Shown here piece after piece: positions 13,777-27,828 of a stretch of 64,000 nt of DNA. A model generated the notes under the pieces. The model made no database searches, had not been told where the DNA came from, and saw nothing but the letters and a program-made list of their open reading frames with translations. Both the position numbers and the translations under genes were made by a program. Location of the stretch: the NCBI GenBank assembly GCA_012295275.1, contig CM022665.1, forward strand, positions 11,408,001 through 11,472,000, written 5' to 3'. The first letter of the stretch is position 1. Each line of letters begins with the position of its first letter. The stretch comes from Chrysomallon squamiferum. Lineage: Eukaryota; Animalia; Mollusca.

Positions 13777-16622
13777 AATTTTTTGTGTTTTTTTTGTTTA
13801 ATGTATGCCAAGGTAATATTAAGAAATGGGTCGTAAACATTGTGTAACTATTATTCATTTACAACATATTAATCAGTAAGATATACATGACGTAATATTT
13901 TCTGTTTTTATTTAAACATGCCTAATTTTATGTCATGGTTTACGATAGATGAATGGCATTCATGCTGTCTTGTCAAGCACTGAAAACGTCGAGAAAAAAA
14001 TAGATGATCTACATACAACTCGATTTGTTTTTGATATTTCGTATGTCATTTCGAAAAACCTCAATGATAGATTGACAGACACCAAAACTATGTAATAATT
14101 TACACCATGGCAAAAAAAAAAACTAAGCTGCTAGATCTTTTATTTTGTTAGTTTTCTTTGTATGTCTAGATACCTAATGATATAACGAAAGATGGGGAAA
14201 AGGTTGTTATGGTAAGTCTACTTCGTTATTATTTAAGGTTAGTGTCTAGATTGAAATAAAACAATCATAGAAGAATATATAATATATGTTTTAGCTTTTT
14301 CTTCGTATAGCTGCAGATTTTGTATTTTCAAGTTAAAAAGAAAAACATTTTCACCAAAAAGATTACTGGTGTTTCGTACGCGAATAAAAATGATTATTGT
14401 ACAAAATAACTTTCACGTTAAATTATTATACATGTATTTGTCATTTGTTGACAAAAATTACTCGATATTCCGTTCTTCACAGACTTAATTTGCAGATGAT
14501 AAAACACAGATACGCCGCGCGTGATTTTGACACTTTAATTAAATGCTGAATCCGTCGTACAGATGTCCTTGTCAATTCTCGTCTGCTTTTGTTTCTTCGT
14601 TAATTCCGCCAAAACGACAACAGCCATCTCGAACACGACTTTGTTCTGCGTCTCAGGCTTGACGTTATTGACGTTAACAAAATTAATCGAATTCCAAGTG
14701 TATTTGTTTATTCGTTTGTCAATCACTGTATTTCTCCTTTTAGTTGCCTGTCATCAGCATATGATTAAAGCCGCGGCATTTTATCTTCTAGATGCAGCGA
14801 TAGAACACAGATACCCACTTCCATTTTGTGCAACTTGGTGATGTAAGACTATCACACACTACCTTTTCTTTTTGACAAACACTAATATTCTCTACGGCAC
14901 ACAAGACTGCCGTCTTTGCACCTTCGTTGGGTGTAAAAACATTTTAAAATGACTGACTTATAATCATTTATGTTGTTGTTAATTGCCATTTCGTGTTATA
15001 AGATAGATTAGTAATTGATCCTTTTGGTATTTTGTTCTTATAAAGTGTCAGATTTGTGGGCTATTGTGAAAACTATAATTTTATGAAGCTATAATGTTAG
15101 TGTTTTCAGCTGTTAATTAAAGGAGTGGTGAGAAATAAAAAAATCAATAAATAAAAAAAATAAAAATAAATTAATATAAAATAAAAAAAATCAACCCTTC
15201 TAAAAGAGTCACAGAAAAACCGCCCATGATGATTCATTGTTAGCTGCATACGTGTGCTTTGTCCTATATAGATAATGATTTCGTATATTTACATGGTCTA
15301 TTCTGCGACAGGGTGTTGGTGTTCCACATTACAGACGAACTGTAACGTCAGTTACGTCGTCTTCTCTCTACACGTTTACTTAAGAGATATCACGGCCATT
15401 AAGCTGTATGCATTTTCTTCAGTCGCTAACCCACAAATGTATTAAACATAATATCGAAGTAATTCTCAAAACAAACTCTTTTTTAACTGGATTAAAGTGT
15501 AACGAAAAGTAAAATGTCCAAGTTGTGCTATCCAGAGTAAATCCCTACTAATAACACAAAGAGGAGAAAGAGACAGAAAAATAGAGAAAGAAAGAAAGAG
15601 AAAGAGAGCCAAAGAAATAATAATAAAGACAGGGAAATGGAGAAAGAGAAAGAATGAGAAAGAAAGAGTGAAAGAGAGATAAATGTGTTTAGTCAATCAT
15701 GAATATTTGTGTTTTTTATTTGTTTATCTTGTATTTTTAGTAACTCCTGAAATATATTTATTATTAAACAATCGATATATTATTAAAACCTATTAGTATT
15801 TATATTTTTAATTAATTTTGTCAGCTTTTTATTAATTATATCTTATGTATTTGAATTCTTATTATTATCTGTGCTGTCAGCAGTGCTGACGTGACCTTGG
15901 AGTATCTTGGTTTTCATGTTGTTTTCTTCTTATTCTTTTTTTTTCTTTTCTTTTTATTTCTTACTTAAAGTACTTCATTTTTTTTTTTCTTTACTTTAAA
16001 TAACTTTTAAAAAGTTTATCATCCACATTTTAGACGTAAACAGATTTGCGCAAAAGATAACTTCATTTGTCAGTAACATCAAGGTGTTCCACTTAACCAC
16101 TCTTGAACAATCGACCTCTGTTGTCGAAACCCTAACAACCTTAGAAATCCGCGGTGCTCTTTCGTGAGGAGGAAAATAAAGGGATCGAGGCGGCGAATTA
16201 TCAGCGATTGTATCAGCTGGGCTATTTATTTTTGTCGTATTCATCATTAGGAAATGGGTGAACGTGATGTTCAGGTTTAATTAATTCAGACAACCGATGT
16301 ATCTGCTCTGTTTAACAGAAATAGCGGTACACTTTTTGCAGACTCTGTAACTCTGTTTAGCTTTAAATTAAAGAAGCCAAAATGTTAAAACGTATTGGAA
16401 GTGTTGTAAACTGCAATTAATTTGGAACAAACAAACAATAACATATTTAATAATCATGGAACTAGTTTCATGAGGCTTGCTATATAAAACGAATACATTT
16501 CATTTAAATATTTAGTATTTTAGTAACAATTTGTGTGTTAAGCAGACAACATAGATACTATTTATTTACTGATATTTGGTTTCGTGACAGTTAATGAAAT
16601 ATACTGCTGAACATTAAACTGT

Positions 16623-16660
<38 letters not shown>

Positions 16661-19600
16661 TTTTTTCTCATTTATTGTTGTTGTTGCTGTTGTTATTATT
16701 ATCTCTGTCATTTTAAATGTAAATCATGATAACAATGAATGCTGTGAACCAGAACTGGTGTAAACAAGTAATTTATTCTGACACGGGTTCTGGTTTTATA
16801 GTGTTGTAGGACATTCAATATTAGCGCACCAAATTTCATTTTCTACGGGGATTATATCAGCTTACAGGAAACGTAAAGTAAATCAGTCTAATCTGGTTTT
16901 CTTTTCAATTTCTTATTTTCATTTTTAATTCAATTTCTTTCCAAATACATTTAAGAATAATATTGTAACAGTATCATCTTATAGGTAATTTATGTAAAAA
17001 TTATGAAATAAATTATATTAAAGTGTATAGTAATTTAATTTTCTCATTATTATTTATACATAAAATAATAAAAATAGTACATACGTAAAAAAAAATTATG
17101 GTTGGTTTCCTTAGATAATCTGTTTTTTTCACCTCAAAGTTTTATTAATTCTACTAACCAGACGTACTGCTTGGACGTAACAAATAATGATTATGGTTAT
17201 ATATTTTTTACCGGGTGAAAAACGTTATAAAATTTATGATGTAAATAATATAAGACTATTCTCGAATTTCATATTTTTATTATTTACACAATAATATTCA
17301 TACTGTAAGCAGTGACCCGTTCATTCAGTGCTTTATTCGTGTTCGTTAACACCCCTTTTTATCCATTCCATCTATCATACCGTATTACCTCAATATTCTC
17401 CCCACGAAGGATTAACTGACAGAGGAAATTATTATTACCATCTCGAAATTTTTTTTTTTTTTTTTGCATATTGCAGCTGAATGTGAGGGCGGAGATTTAA
17501 ATGACGCGTGAGGTGGGGAAATGAGTTAGACAGGGAATTAGACTTTATACAACATTTTCTCCAAAACCGGTAATTTTTCACGTGGGCAATAAACTGAGGA
17601 AATACGGTACTGAATGACATTATGATTTTAATTATAGACCATTGGTTTGTTGTCGGTCATATGTTGTATAAGCGATATGTGTGTGATATAGCAAAAACAA
17701 ATGTGTTCTATATGTTAAAGAGACATTTCGGTCTATTCGTGGCTATTTTAATTAATTTCTAATAGTTGGTTGTTGTATTCTTAGGTTTTATTAAGCTATT
17801 CATCTTTCTTCTTTCTTTCATTTTCTTCTTTACCTTTACCTTGTTACTATCTGCCGCTTTTGTTCTTTTCTCTGCTACTGCTACCACGATTACTATCTCC
17901 ATTACTACTATTAATAAAAACGTTACTACTTATATCATTTCTCTTACTTCTCCTGCTACTAATACTTGCGCTGATAATAACAGTAATAGTTTTACCTTTT
18001 ACCAACAGTTTACTTCTTTTGCTGTTACTCGTTATAATGTTGTTGTTTACGCCAGTTCCAAAGTTTACATTTTGCCATACGATATATATTATTTTTACAA
18101 ACATCATTGTTAAAGTTTGGCTATAGCCGCTGGACTAATGTACGTTATGCACTGTTTGAGTGCTCCGACTCCAGGCTGTATTTGTTGACACAGTTTCAGA
18201 GATGCTTACAAGGCTCTGCATGACAGTTTGTGGCCGCTGGGTTATGTAGAATAACACAGTGTTACTCTCAGTTAATGACAGTACTAACCGCCCTGCTTTG
18301 TAAATAATTCATGCAAAATACTTATTGCCATAAATACAGACGATATCTTGAGGAGTGCATTGGTAGGTTCATTACTTATGTATTCATTACCGACCGTAAA
18401 ACTGCCACCCCTGATATCTTTCATTTGTTTCAGCGGCCTTGCGATTTTTTGAAAGCATTTTTATAGTTTATGACATTATATTATAGGTGTACATACCATC
18501 GATTTTTCCGACACCCTTTTGTTTCAACGTTTTGCTCGATTAAATATATTACCGAAACAACGATGGTCCTGTAATAATGAATCAAAGGATCAAATCTGAC
18601 AATCTCATAAATCTAATCTGTATTATATCTATATCTGTTTATCTGTCTGTGTATCGATAGAAAGATATTCAAAGAAAAATCATTAAATAAAATATAGGTA
18701 TAATTGAAATTTGATTTGGGATAAATTTAGGCTACATAAAATTAGTAAACAACTGAATAGACTATATATGGGTCAACCAGAGAGGGCAATAAATATAATC
18801 TTGCTTCGAGCGATGTTTCGCCACCCACTGATGGGGTTTGATGGTGATCGAAATTTCTGATGCCCACTAATAATATTATTATTCTCGGGACTAAAAGCAG
18901 TACTGGTCAGTCAGTGATCGGAAAATCGTTGGTTACCTATACTTCTTTAATTTACTAAGAGTCATTTACGGCGGTGAGCTTGTTGCAATCTAATCAAGCA
19001 AAACATACCAGCAGTGTGGTCTCGGTTCGCTTTAATAACCGGTTATAGCAAGTCCGTAAGAATCCAGTATTAACGTAAACTCCCGAAGATTCCCGAAAAT
19101 TATCGATTTTGTAGTCATAATGAATCCCATGACAATGATTTCACTTCGAATGCCTGTTTACTACTTTAGATATTTTCAATTTATTTTGTTGAATTTTACG
19201 CTAGACTTATTCACTGATGTTAAATTATCGCACCCAAGACTTAAATGAAGCCGTTATTAGCTCGGGCGCCACGCTTCGTTAGACTCGACAAAAGGTGGCA
19301 GTGATTATGGAGTTAATAGTTTTTCCGAGCATGGGAGGCGTCACTATTATTATAACAGCCCTGTCGAAAATGATTCCCTCACACAGTGTTCTGTCCCGGT
19401 GTTACTCTCCTTTGACGTTACTGGCTGACTGCCTCACCCAGAACAGACGTTATTCTTAATCTTACAACTTTTATTACAGCGAATACTAAAACACAGACTA
19501 GAAGGCAGTCACAACAAACATTTCGTTACAGGAAAACGGGGGATAAATTTTTTTTTTAAAAATTCTATAATTTATGTCCGGTAGTTTGTCATACGCTTGG

Positions 19601-21697
19601 ATTGCGCGGTTAACATTAGGGTGTATAGTCCTGTTATAAAGTGTGGGTTTGTTTCTGAAAGGGTCGCGATGGTCTTGTAATATTCTATATAGTGAAATAT
19701 AAAATCCGGCATATAGGTGAAACAGGTATTCTTTGTGTATGTGTATTTGTGAGTGTGTATGTATGTGTGTATGCGCGCGCGTGTGTGTGTGTGTGTGCAT
19801 AGGCGAGGGGGTGATATCTTTCCTTAAACGTGTGTATTATTGTTGTTGTTGATGTTGCTTTTCTACTTTCTCACCATTATTATTGTTGTTGTTTTTATTG
19901 TCGTCGTCATTGTCCTTATTCCTATCGTTTTCATCATGATTTATTCATTCATTTATTCTTTTATCCATTAATTCGTTTATTTCAACGCACAAAGAAAAAT
20001 ACAAAAAAATAAGTAACAAAATAAACAGGAAAACTATCAAATGTTATTTTCTTGTTGTTTACGACAACAAAGCGGTGTCCACGTCAACGCGTTTTATTTC
20101 GCGCGACAACGACACTCGGAAATGAAAGCCTTTGAAACGCCTTCATAGAGACGTTTTGACAGGAAATAACTAAATTAACGAGTGCTAGATAAATCATTCT
20201 GCAGCAAGCATGCTTCAAACACATCACTGCAGTTCTTTTTATTTATTTCAAATACGAAACCTCACACAGTCCTGTTGCAAAATCTGTTCCTCCTGTTGAT
20301 ATTTTCTTTAAGCAAATAATCACGAAAGGTTATGTACTTACATCAGTACATAGATATATACACATACGAGTGTATACATCCATGTATAGATGTAAATGTA
20401 TGCATACTTACATACATACATGCAGGCACACATTCATACATACATATACATACGTGCAAGCATACATACATATATATATACACACTTACTTACATACAAA
20501 CATACATACATAAATAAATACAGTCATACACACGTACGTACACTTAAAGGCTTCCTGTGCAAAAATATGCCTAAGTACCTTACCGTTTCTGACTGTCAAA
20601 TAAACACAAATATAACATTGTGAGTATATTTAAAACGCCCAGTGTTTACTTTTCCTTTCAGTGCATTTAAGATAAACATTTTTAAGACTGATCCATTCAT
20701 CCTGCGCATCCGAGAGGCAAGATCAAAACTTAGAATTTTCGAGATCACTGATAACATTTATCACACCTGACTGAACATAATTTAAAGACACCCAATAAGA
20801 TATTTTTAACCTCAAGATAAGATCAGAATACTACAGCAAAAATTATCTTTTTCTCTCTCTTTTAGTGACACGCACATCCATATACAAACGTATACATACA
20901 CACACTTACATATAATCTGCTGTCAGTCAGTGAAGAGATCAAATTATAGTTGTTGTTGTTTTTTTGTTTTTTTTTTTTGTTGCTATTATTGCTCTTAGCG
21001 ATGTTGTAATTATTATTGTAGTGCTGTTGTTGGAAGAGGTATTATTGTTGCTTTTGTCTTTGTTGACATTGTTATTATATTTTATTTATTTATTTATTTA
21101 TTTATTTGATTGTTTATTATCATCATCATCATTACCGTCACTGGATCATAAACAGCATTCTTATCAACCTCCTCCTCATTATTATTATTACTACTACAAT
21201 TACTGCAGCTTCAACTACAGCTAGTACTACTACTACTACTACTACTACTACTATCACTACTAACACTACAGTATCAGCAATGCATTACGTGTAAAGCGTC
21301 ATGACTTGAGTATTAATTATGACAATCCTCTTAAAGCAAGTCACTTTACTTGACTCTTCTCGTTGTCAATGGCTATCATTATATTTTAACACTCGCGTTA
21401 CGTATCATGAAATCTATATATGCGTAGTTTACTCGCAGTGGGTATCCGGTGCACAATAAACAAGTAGACATACCAGATCTGGAAATGCAAATTTCACTTT
21501 TGTAAATATACTACCGTTCGGGTCAGAGTGCCCTGGTCTTAAACGTGATTCCAAATCTAAAACAAGGATTACTTTTAGATCTATATTGTATAATTCTGTT
21601 GTAGAATGAATTTGAATGATCTCATTTATTCTATGATTTGAATGATCTCATCTAGTATTTTAGAAAGGTTCTACACAGTTCAAGAAAAAAAGACTTG

Positions 21698-21792
<95 letters not shown>

Positions 21793-22289
21793 GGTCACTT
21801 TCTGTGTGTCTCTTTTAAGTGCTGTGAAGGATCGACTTCTACAGTAAATGTGTTACAGATCCACTAATTTTGGATATACTGTGCATATATTTTATACGCA
21901 AGTACGTTTTATTAGATACGTTGTAATTTATCTTTTTTGTTGATATATTTCACCTGACATTACAAAACCATAAAACATTCCTAGGTCAAAGATACTGTTA
22001 TACTTTATTGCGTTGTTAATTCACAGATCCGTTTGGCAATACGTTAGGTAAAATTATTGATGCTACGCTCACAGCTTAAAAAATACTTATTTTATTTATT
22101 TTGACTGCTCTATAACTTGTAAATAGAATGCTGCAATAATCTGTCACTCGAAATATGTGATAAATTATATATCTATATACCAAACAGCCAATAAAATACT
22201 TGATAAATATTATTTGATTCATGTTATATATATTTGCAGTGAACATATGTATAATACTGATGTAGATACATACATGCACGGATGCATAC

Positions 22290-22520
22290 ACACACACACA
22301 CACACAAACATACATACATAGATAAACACATGCATACACACACATACACATACATACAAACACATACATATATTACATAAACTATATAGAAGTATAATAT
22401 TATTTGCATAAATACATACATACACACACATACACATACATACATACAAACACATACATATATTACATAAACTACATAGAAGTATAAATATTATTTGCAT
22501 AAATACATATATACATGCAC
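22290..22520 (+). repeat. 90-bp tandem duplication within CA/TACA microsatellite
   Basis: TACATACAAACACATACATATATTACATAAACTA.ATAGAAGTATAA..ATTATTTGCATAAATACATA occurs twice (ATTACATAA at 22372 and 22462). Confidence 0.8.
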
Positions 22521-22789
22521 ATACATACATACACAGATATACATGTGTGGATTTATAAGTACTTGTATCTCCCCTCTGGTTTTGAATGTTTTAGTGTATC
22601 GACATCAAATTTTGATTAACTCTTTTTTGTCGATTATGCATTTATGGTCATATGCACTTCTCTGTTCACACACAATCGACAGATGTGCTGTACAACAACA
22701 TCGTTAGGCTTCGCTAAACTTCTACAGAAAATCCACAAACACGGCTTAATTGTGTTTTTCTTTTTTTCATTTTTGTAAATAACATCACT

Positions 22790-22946
22790 CACATCGGCCG
22801 GTCAGCCAATCATGGTTACGTATTTCCGCTTGAATGTCGGGAACGCGGACTTTTCACTAAATAAAATTCAAAACGCTCGAGAAGGCAAGACAGTGAAACG
22901 TTTCGTTTATTTAAAATTAAACATTTATTTTCCAAGCACAGTAAGT
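22790..22946 (+). promoter_or_regulatory. Candidate promoter and non-coding first exon (C)
   Basis: NF-Y-type AGCCAATCA 22804-22812, GTTACGTAT 22815-22823, TAAATAAAA near 22858, CpG cluster, donor ACA|GTAAGT at 22940/22941. Confidence 0.45.
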
Positions 22947-22994
22947 ATGGTACAGTTTATTAGCTTTCTAATGTACGGTTCACAGATGGCAGTT

Positions 22995-23610
22995 TAAGAA
23001 ACTGTTTTAACACAATGAGTATGTGTTGTTATGTATTTAGATGTACTGGTTGTTATAGATAATGATGTATAATAATTTTCACAATTCAGTTAGTTTAGTT
23101 TATTATTTTTGGATGTAATTTGAGAATTTTCATAGCACACTGAGTATAGGCCTGTGTTATTTTATGTTTAGATGTACGGATTGTAGATAAAAAAAAAATA
23201 AAAAAAAAAATTTAAAATTTAAAACATCATAACAGTGAGTATATGTTATTTTATTTAAATCAGAAGGGTTTATTTGCAAGAGATCTTACAGACCATTTAT
23301 TTTTTTTTTAAAGAAAATGCAAAAAATATGTAAGCCCTTTTGCACTTGCAGGGAAAAATTTAACCGAGCTCTTCGTTTAATGATCATGGATAGAAATTAA
23401 AGAATTTTCATAACACGGAATATAATGTTATTGTCTATTCAGATGTAAGGCTTATAGAGATTAGCTTAAGAATTTTTATAGCACATTAAGCTTTTTTTTA
23501 GTATATTTTATTATATTTAGATGTAAATGTCATAGATGCAATTTATGAATCTTCATTACACAATAAGTATAGTTTATTTAATTATATTTAAAATTTTAGG
23601 CTGACACATA
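22995..23610 (+). repeat. Old degenerate ~75-80-bp tandem repeat
   Basis: Recurring AAGAATTTTCATA(G/A)CAC..TGAGTAT...TTAT...TTTAGATGTA...ATAGAT blocks. Confidence 0.55.
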
Positions 23611-24677
23611 AATGTTACAGGAATTAAAAATAATTCGTTTTATATTTGGTTGTTTAAATGGTATTTTTCTAATTAATGAAATTTAATGTTAGTCTACATT
23701 AGAATAAGTTTAACTGCCAACCCGAAAAATACTAGTATATAAATTATCTTCTGGGCAGAGTGAATTAAGATTTTAATTTCACGATTTGTTTAAATGTATA
23801 TATACTTTCTGCTAGAGAGAATTTAAAATGCTTGCGCGAAAGTTTCTGCATTCCAACTAGCTGAGTATTTTCCTAACATCGCAAGTAATTTATTATAACT
23901 GGTTTATACATAATTTCCAGTAATGAAAATTTATTATGCTGGGATGAATGTGAATGAAAATATCTTACCTTCACACCCATCACATATATATATATATATT
24001 ATTAGAATGCCGTGAAAAGAATTTTATTTTATGATTATGAATTTGTTGTACAGGGTGAAGCGGTGGAGACATAATCCTACTTTGTTTGTTAAAGTTATTA
24101 CTGATTTGATTACTTGTTTACGAGTCAAAGTAGATAAACTGAAACCAATTTCTTGAAACGGTAATACTTCTTACTACAACAACAATTACTACTGCTACTG
24201 CTACGTTTAGTATTACTACTACTACTATCACTATTCTACTACGACTATTATTACTATTACAGTTGCTACCACTATTACTCCTACTACCGCTGCAACTACT
24301 ACTACTCCTACATTGTTACTACTGCAACTGCTACCGTTATTACAATAATAATTATTATTATTTTAAACTCACACACACATACAGAAACTATAAAGAGAAA
24401 AAAGTCACTGATGTATAGTAGTGAGAAGCTCAATTCGCTTATCTTTTACTTACTATATGAGATACGTCCTAAGCTTTGGGGTGAAGAGTTGCATGATCAT
24501 TTTGCCCATTTCGTCAAATAAATTATTTGTTTTCTAACTGCTGCCGGATTCTAACAGCACTTTTAATTTGATTACGTTCTATATCATTATTTATTACATG
24601 TGTCTATTGTATGGGGTTTTGAAATGTTATTTATGTAAATTTTTGTTGTTGTTGTTGTTGTTAAGTTTTCAAAAATT

Positions 24678-24712
<35 letters not shown>

Positions 24713-25030
24713 ATATTGAACTTCTAAATTTTAGCTGAAAGAGAAAGAAATATCATATATATATATATATATCAAACGTTCCTTGTTTCGATTATATATA
24801 TATATAAATATATATTTAAAGACATTAACATTCTTTATTTACAATAGAATATTTACATCACTACATTATATCAATATAATTTGCTTGACTTTTTTAATGT
24901 AAATTATCCAAATAAATTTAGTAGTACTACACACTGAAAATCATTTGAAATATAATGTAATATAACAGTACAAAACATTTTGTAATATACATAATTAAAA
25001 ATACACATTGTTTTATATTTTTAATTCACT

Positions 25031-25064
<34 letters not shown>

Positions 25065-25395
25065 AACTTACATACATACATATTATTATTATTTTTTATT
25101 ATTATTTTTTTAAGGTTGAAAAACAAAATACATAAAATTATATATTTCAAACGGCACTTTTTATGTAAATTATTTAAATATTTTGAATAATTTTGGTACA
25201 TCGGAAAATTTTTCAGCCATAACTGTCATGCTGATTTTGAAATAATGGCGAGTTTCCAGCAGAATTAGCATTTTGTAGTAATATATCTCGTGGAATGTTG
25301 GTAACAGGTGTTTCGTGCGTGCGTGTGTTTACCAAATATAGACACATATGTAAGATGACGCATCAGGTAGATTTGAACAGAGAAATCATTATTAA

Positions 25396-25442
<47 letters not shown>

Positions 25443-25779
25443 TGTGTGTAATTCATCATTTATTTTAAAAATAAGATGTAATTTGCCAAACGCCGTGATC
25501 CAAATTTAAGATCAAGATTATTTGTTGGAAGATGGTATTTTTGAAATTGTTTATTTCATATGCGTATATTTGTACTTATGGGGAGGGGATTTTGGTTGCG
25601 TACACATATACAGAATGAAAAAAATATATATGGATATAAAGAGAAGATAGTCACTCGTGTATATTGTAAAACTCAGTTTTTCATTCGGTAGGCCAGCATT
25701 TATAATACTGATATACTTCTATCGGTACTCTATCCCATTTTCTAACTGACAAAAGAATAACTCAAAACACAACCTTTAA

Positions 25780-25887
25780 CATCATCAGCAGCATCATCAG
25801 CATCAGCATCATCTTCATCATCATCATCATCATTATTATCTTCATCACCATCATCGTTATTATTATTATTACTATTATTACTATTAC

Positions 25888-25923
<36 letters not shown>

Positions 25924-25965
25924 GTTGTTGTTGTTGTTGTTGTTGTTGTTTTTGTTGTTGTTGTT
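25780..25965. repeat. Compound trinucleotide microsatellite (CAT/CAG)n-(TAT)n-(TGT)n
   Basis: Seen directly; similar tracts at 21110-21270, 24170-24360 and 33220-33440. Confidence 0.9.
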
Positions 25966-26324
25966 AATTTCATTTAAACTGGTTTTCTGTTCCTAGCAGA
26001 GACATTTTTGTTGGGATTAGTTACTAATCGAAAGAACTAAGTAACAGTTTAACATCGACACAATCAAAAACAGCCAAATCAAAAGCAAATAATCTTGCAC
26101 TAACACGAAACCGAACAATCAATACTTCTTTATTATCCATGCGTTCCTGTTGGCTGAGTAACTGTTAGAAACACACAGACGACATAGGTGACACGATATC
26201 ATAACAAAAAAAACAACCATTTTATAGAGACTTTAGTTTTATTTAGTCAGTCAGTGAAAAGATTCAGTAAACTCTTATTATTATTATTGTTATTATCATC
26301 ACCATCATCATCAACATCAATATC

Positions 26325-26357
<33 letters not shown>

Positions 26358-27448
26358 TCAACCATATATTCATTTATTCGCCATATAATTAAATAAGTAA
26401 AAAAATGTTAACGAAATTCTCCTTTCCATTAAAAATTACAAACTGAAATTACTATTTTTAAAGTACGACTTGATTCATAGCATTTGGAAGTGACAAATAA
26501 ATATTTATTCATTCAGTACTGCCATTTTAAAAAAAAAATGTTTTGTCTCATACAAATTATAATTCAAATTGATTCTATCCAGTCTCCAAACAAATAAGTT
26601 TGTGGCCATTTTTAACGTCTTAAAAACAGAACAAAAAATTAAATTTCTTGACATATATGTATTTAAAATCAGTCATTTTATTATTATTATTTGTTTTTTT
26701 TTGGTTGTTGTTATTTGTTATTTTTAAGCTTTATAATAAAATAAGATTTTTTTTTTTTTTTTTTTTTTTTAATATGATTAATCACCAAGTCTGTCACCGG
26801 TCTGAACGAATTTGCTCAACTAGGTAAACAAGGGCTGGCTGTACACTATACAACAGTATTCTATATTGTAAAATTAAAAAAATATAAAAACCCCGTGGTT
26901 ACATAAACAACTTCTATATGCTCAGTGCAGGTGTGTGCAAGTTCCATTTGTAAGCACTCGCATTCTTCAAGGTCAGATATAACAGGTTTTGAAAATGTCG
27001 TATTTTAATAAATAAACAATTAAAGAATAACACACCGGATATTTTATTATTAATATGTACCTGAGGATTTTTGCTTCTTTGTATGTGTGTGTGTAAATGT
27101 ATTATAATTATGTACGTATGTTTGAAAGTATTTTTATTTGTATGTGTGTGTGTTTGTGTGCATATTTGTATGTATGTACGTACACACATACCTGTATGTT
27201 TGTTTGTATGTCTGTACGTAGATACTTATACATTAGTTTTCTATCAATCTATAGATATATTTATGTATAAGTGTGCGTTCGTATGTGTGTAAATAAAGTA
27301 AATAATTACAGTCCTGTTGCTTACAGGGATACATTTATTTTTTATACGTGTGCACACAGCACTAGGGCGACCGGTTTGTATACGTAGCCTTTTATATGTA
27401 AAATGAGCGAAGCCAGTAAACTACATGTGTATATTTTTACTTTCACAG

Positions 27449-27828
27449 AGCTCCTGAATAACAAGGCAGTCAACAATAGATCAGCGAGGGAAAACCCGCT
27501 TTCGTGGAAACCGACTCAACTCCTTCTTTGTCAACGGCAGATGATTCAGATAATTTTCCCGCCGAGAATGTTCGAAACGAGTGTCCTCCACTCACAAGTA
27601 AGTTCCTCATAGATTAATGACATGGATATACGTCTGCGCGTGTTCAGAAGGTTTCGAGTAACTTGACATACAACCTGTTACTGTGCTGCATAAATATTTC
27701 AGTTGTGTTATTGATCGGACTTGGTTCATGGACATACTTGACAGTGAAATGTTTGCTTCGTCTTTTTGTACGTAAACCAGTAGAAGGTATTTAATATTCT
27801 CAAGTGAAACGTCTTGGAAATTTTCAAT
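27449..27828 (+). other. Probable spliced 5' UTR segment of the TRIM-like gene
   Basis: Strong acceptor tttttactttcacag ending at 27448; several upstream ATGs; internal CAA|GTAAGT at 27597/27598 may open a small UTR intron (possible acceptor tttcag at 27701). Confidence 0.55.

Noticed and set aside
27814-27828. ORF-track start at TTG 27814
   Set aside because: Prokaryotic-style start; the first in-frame ATG is at 27829.
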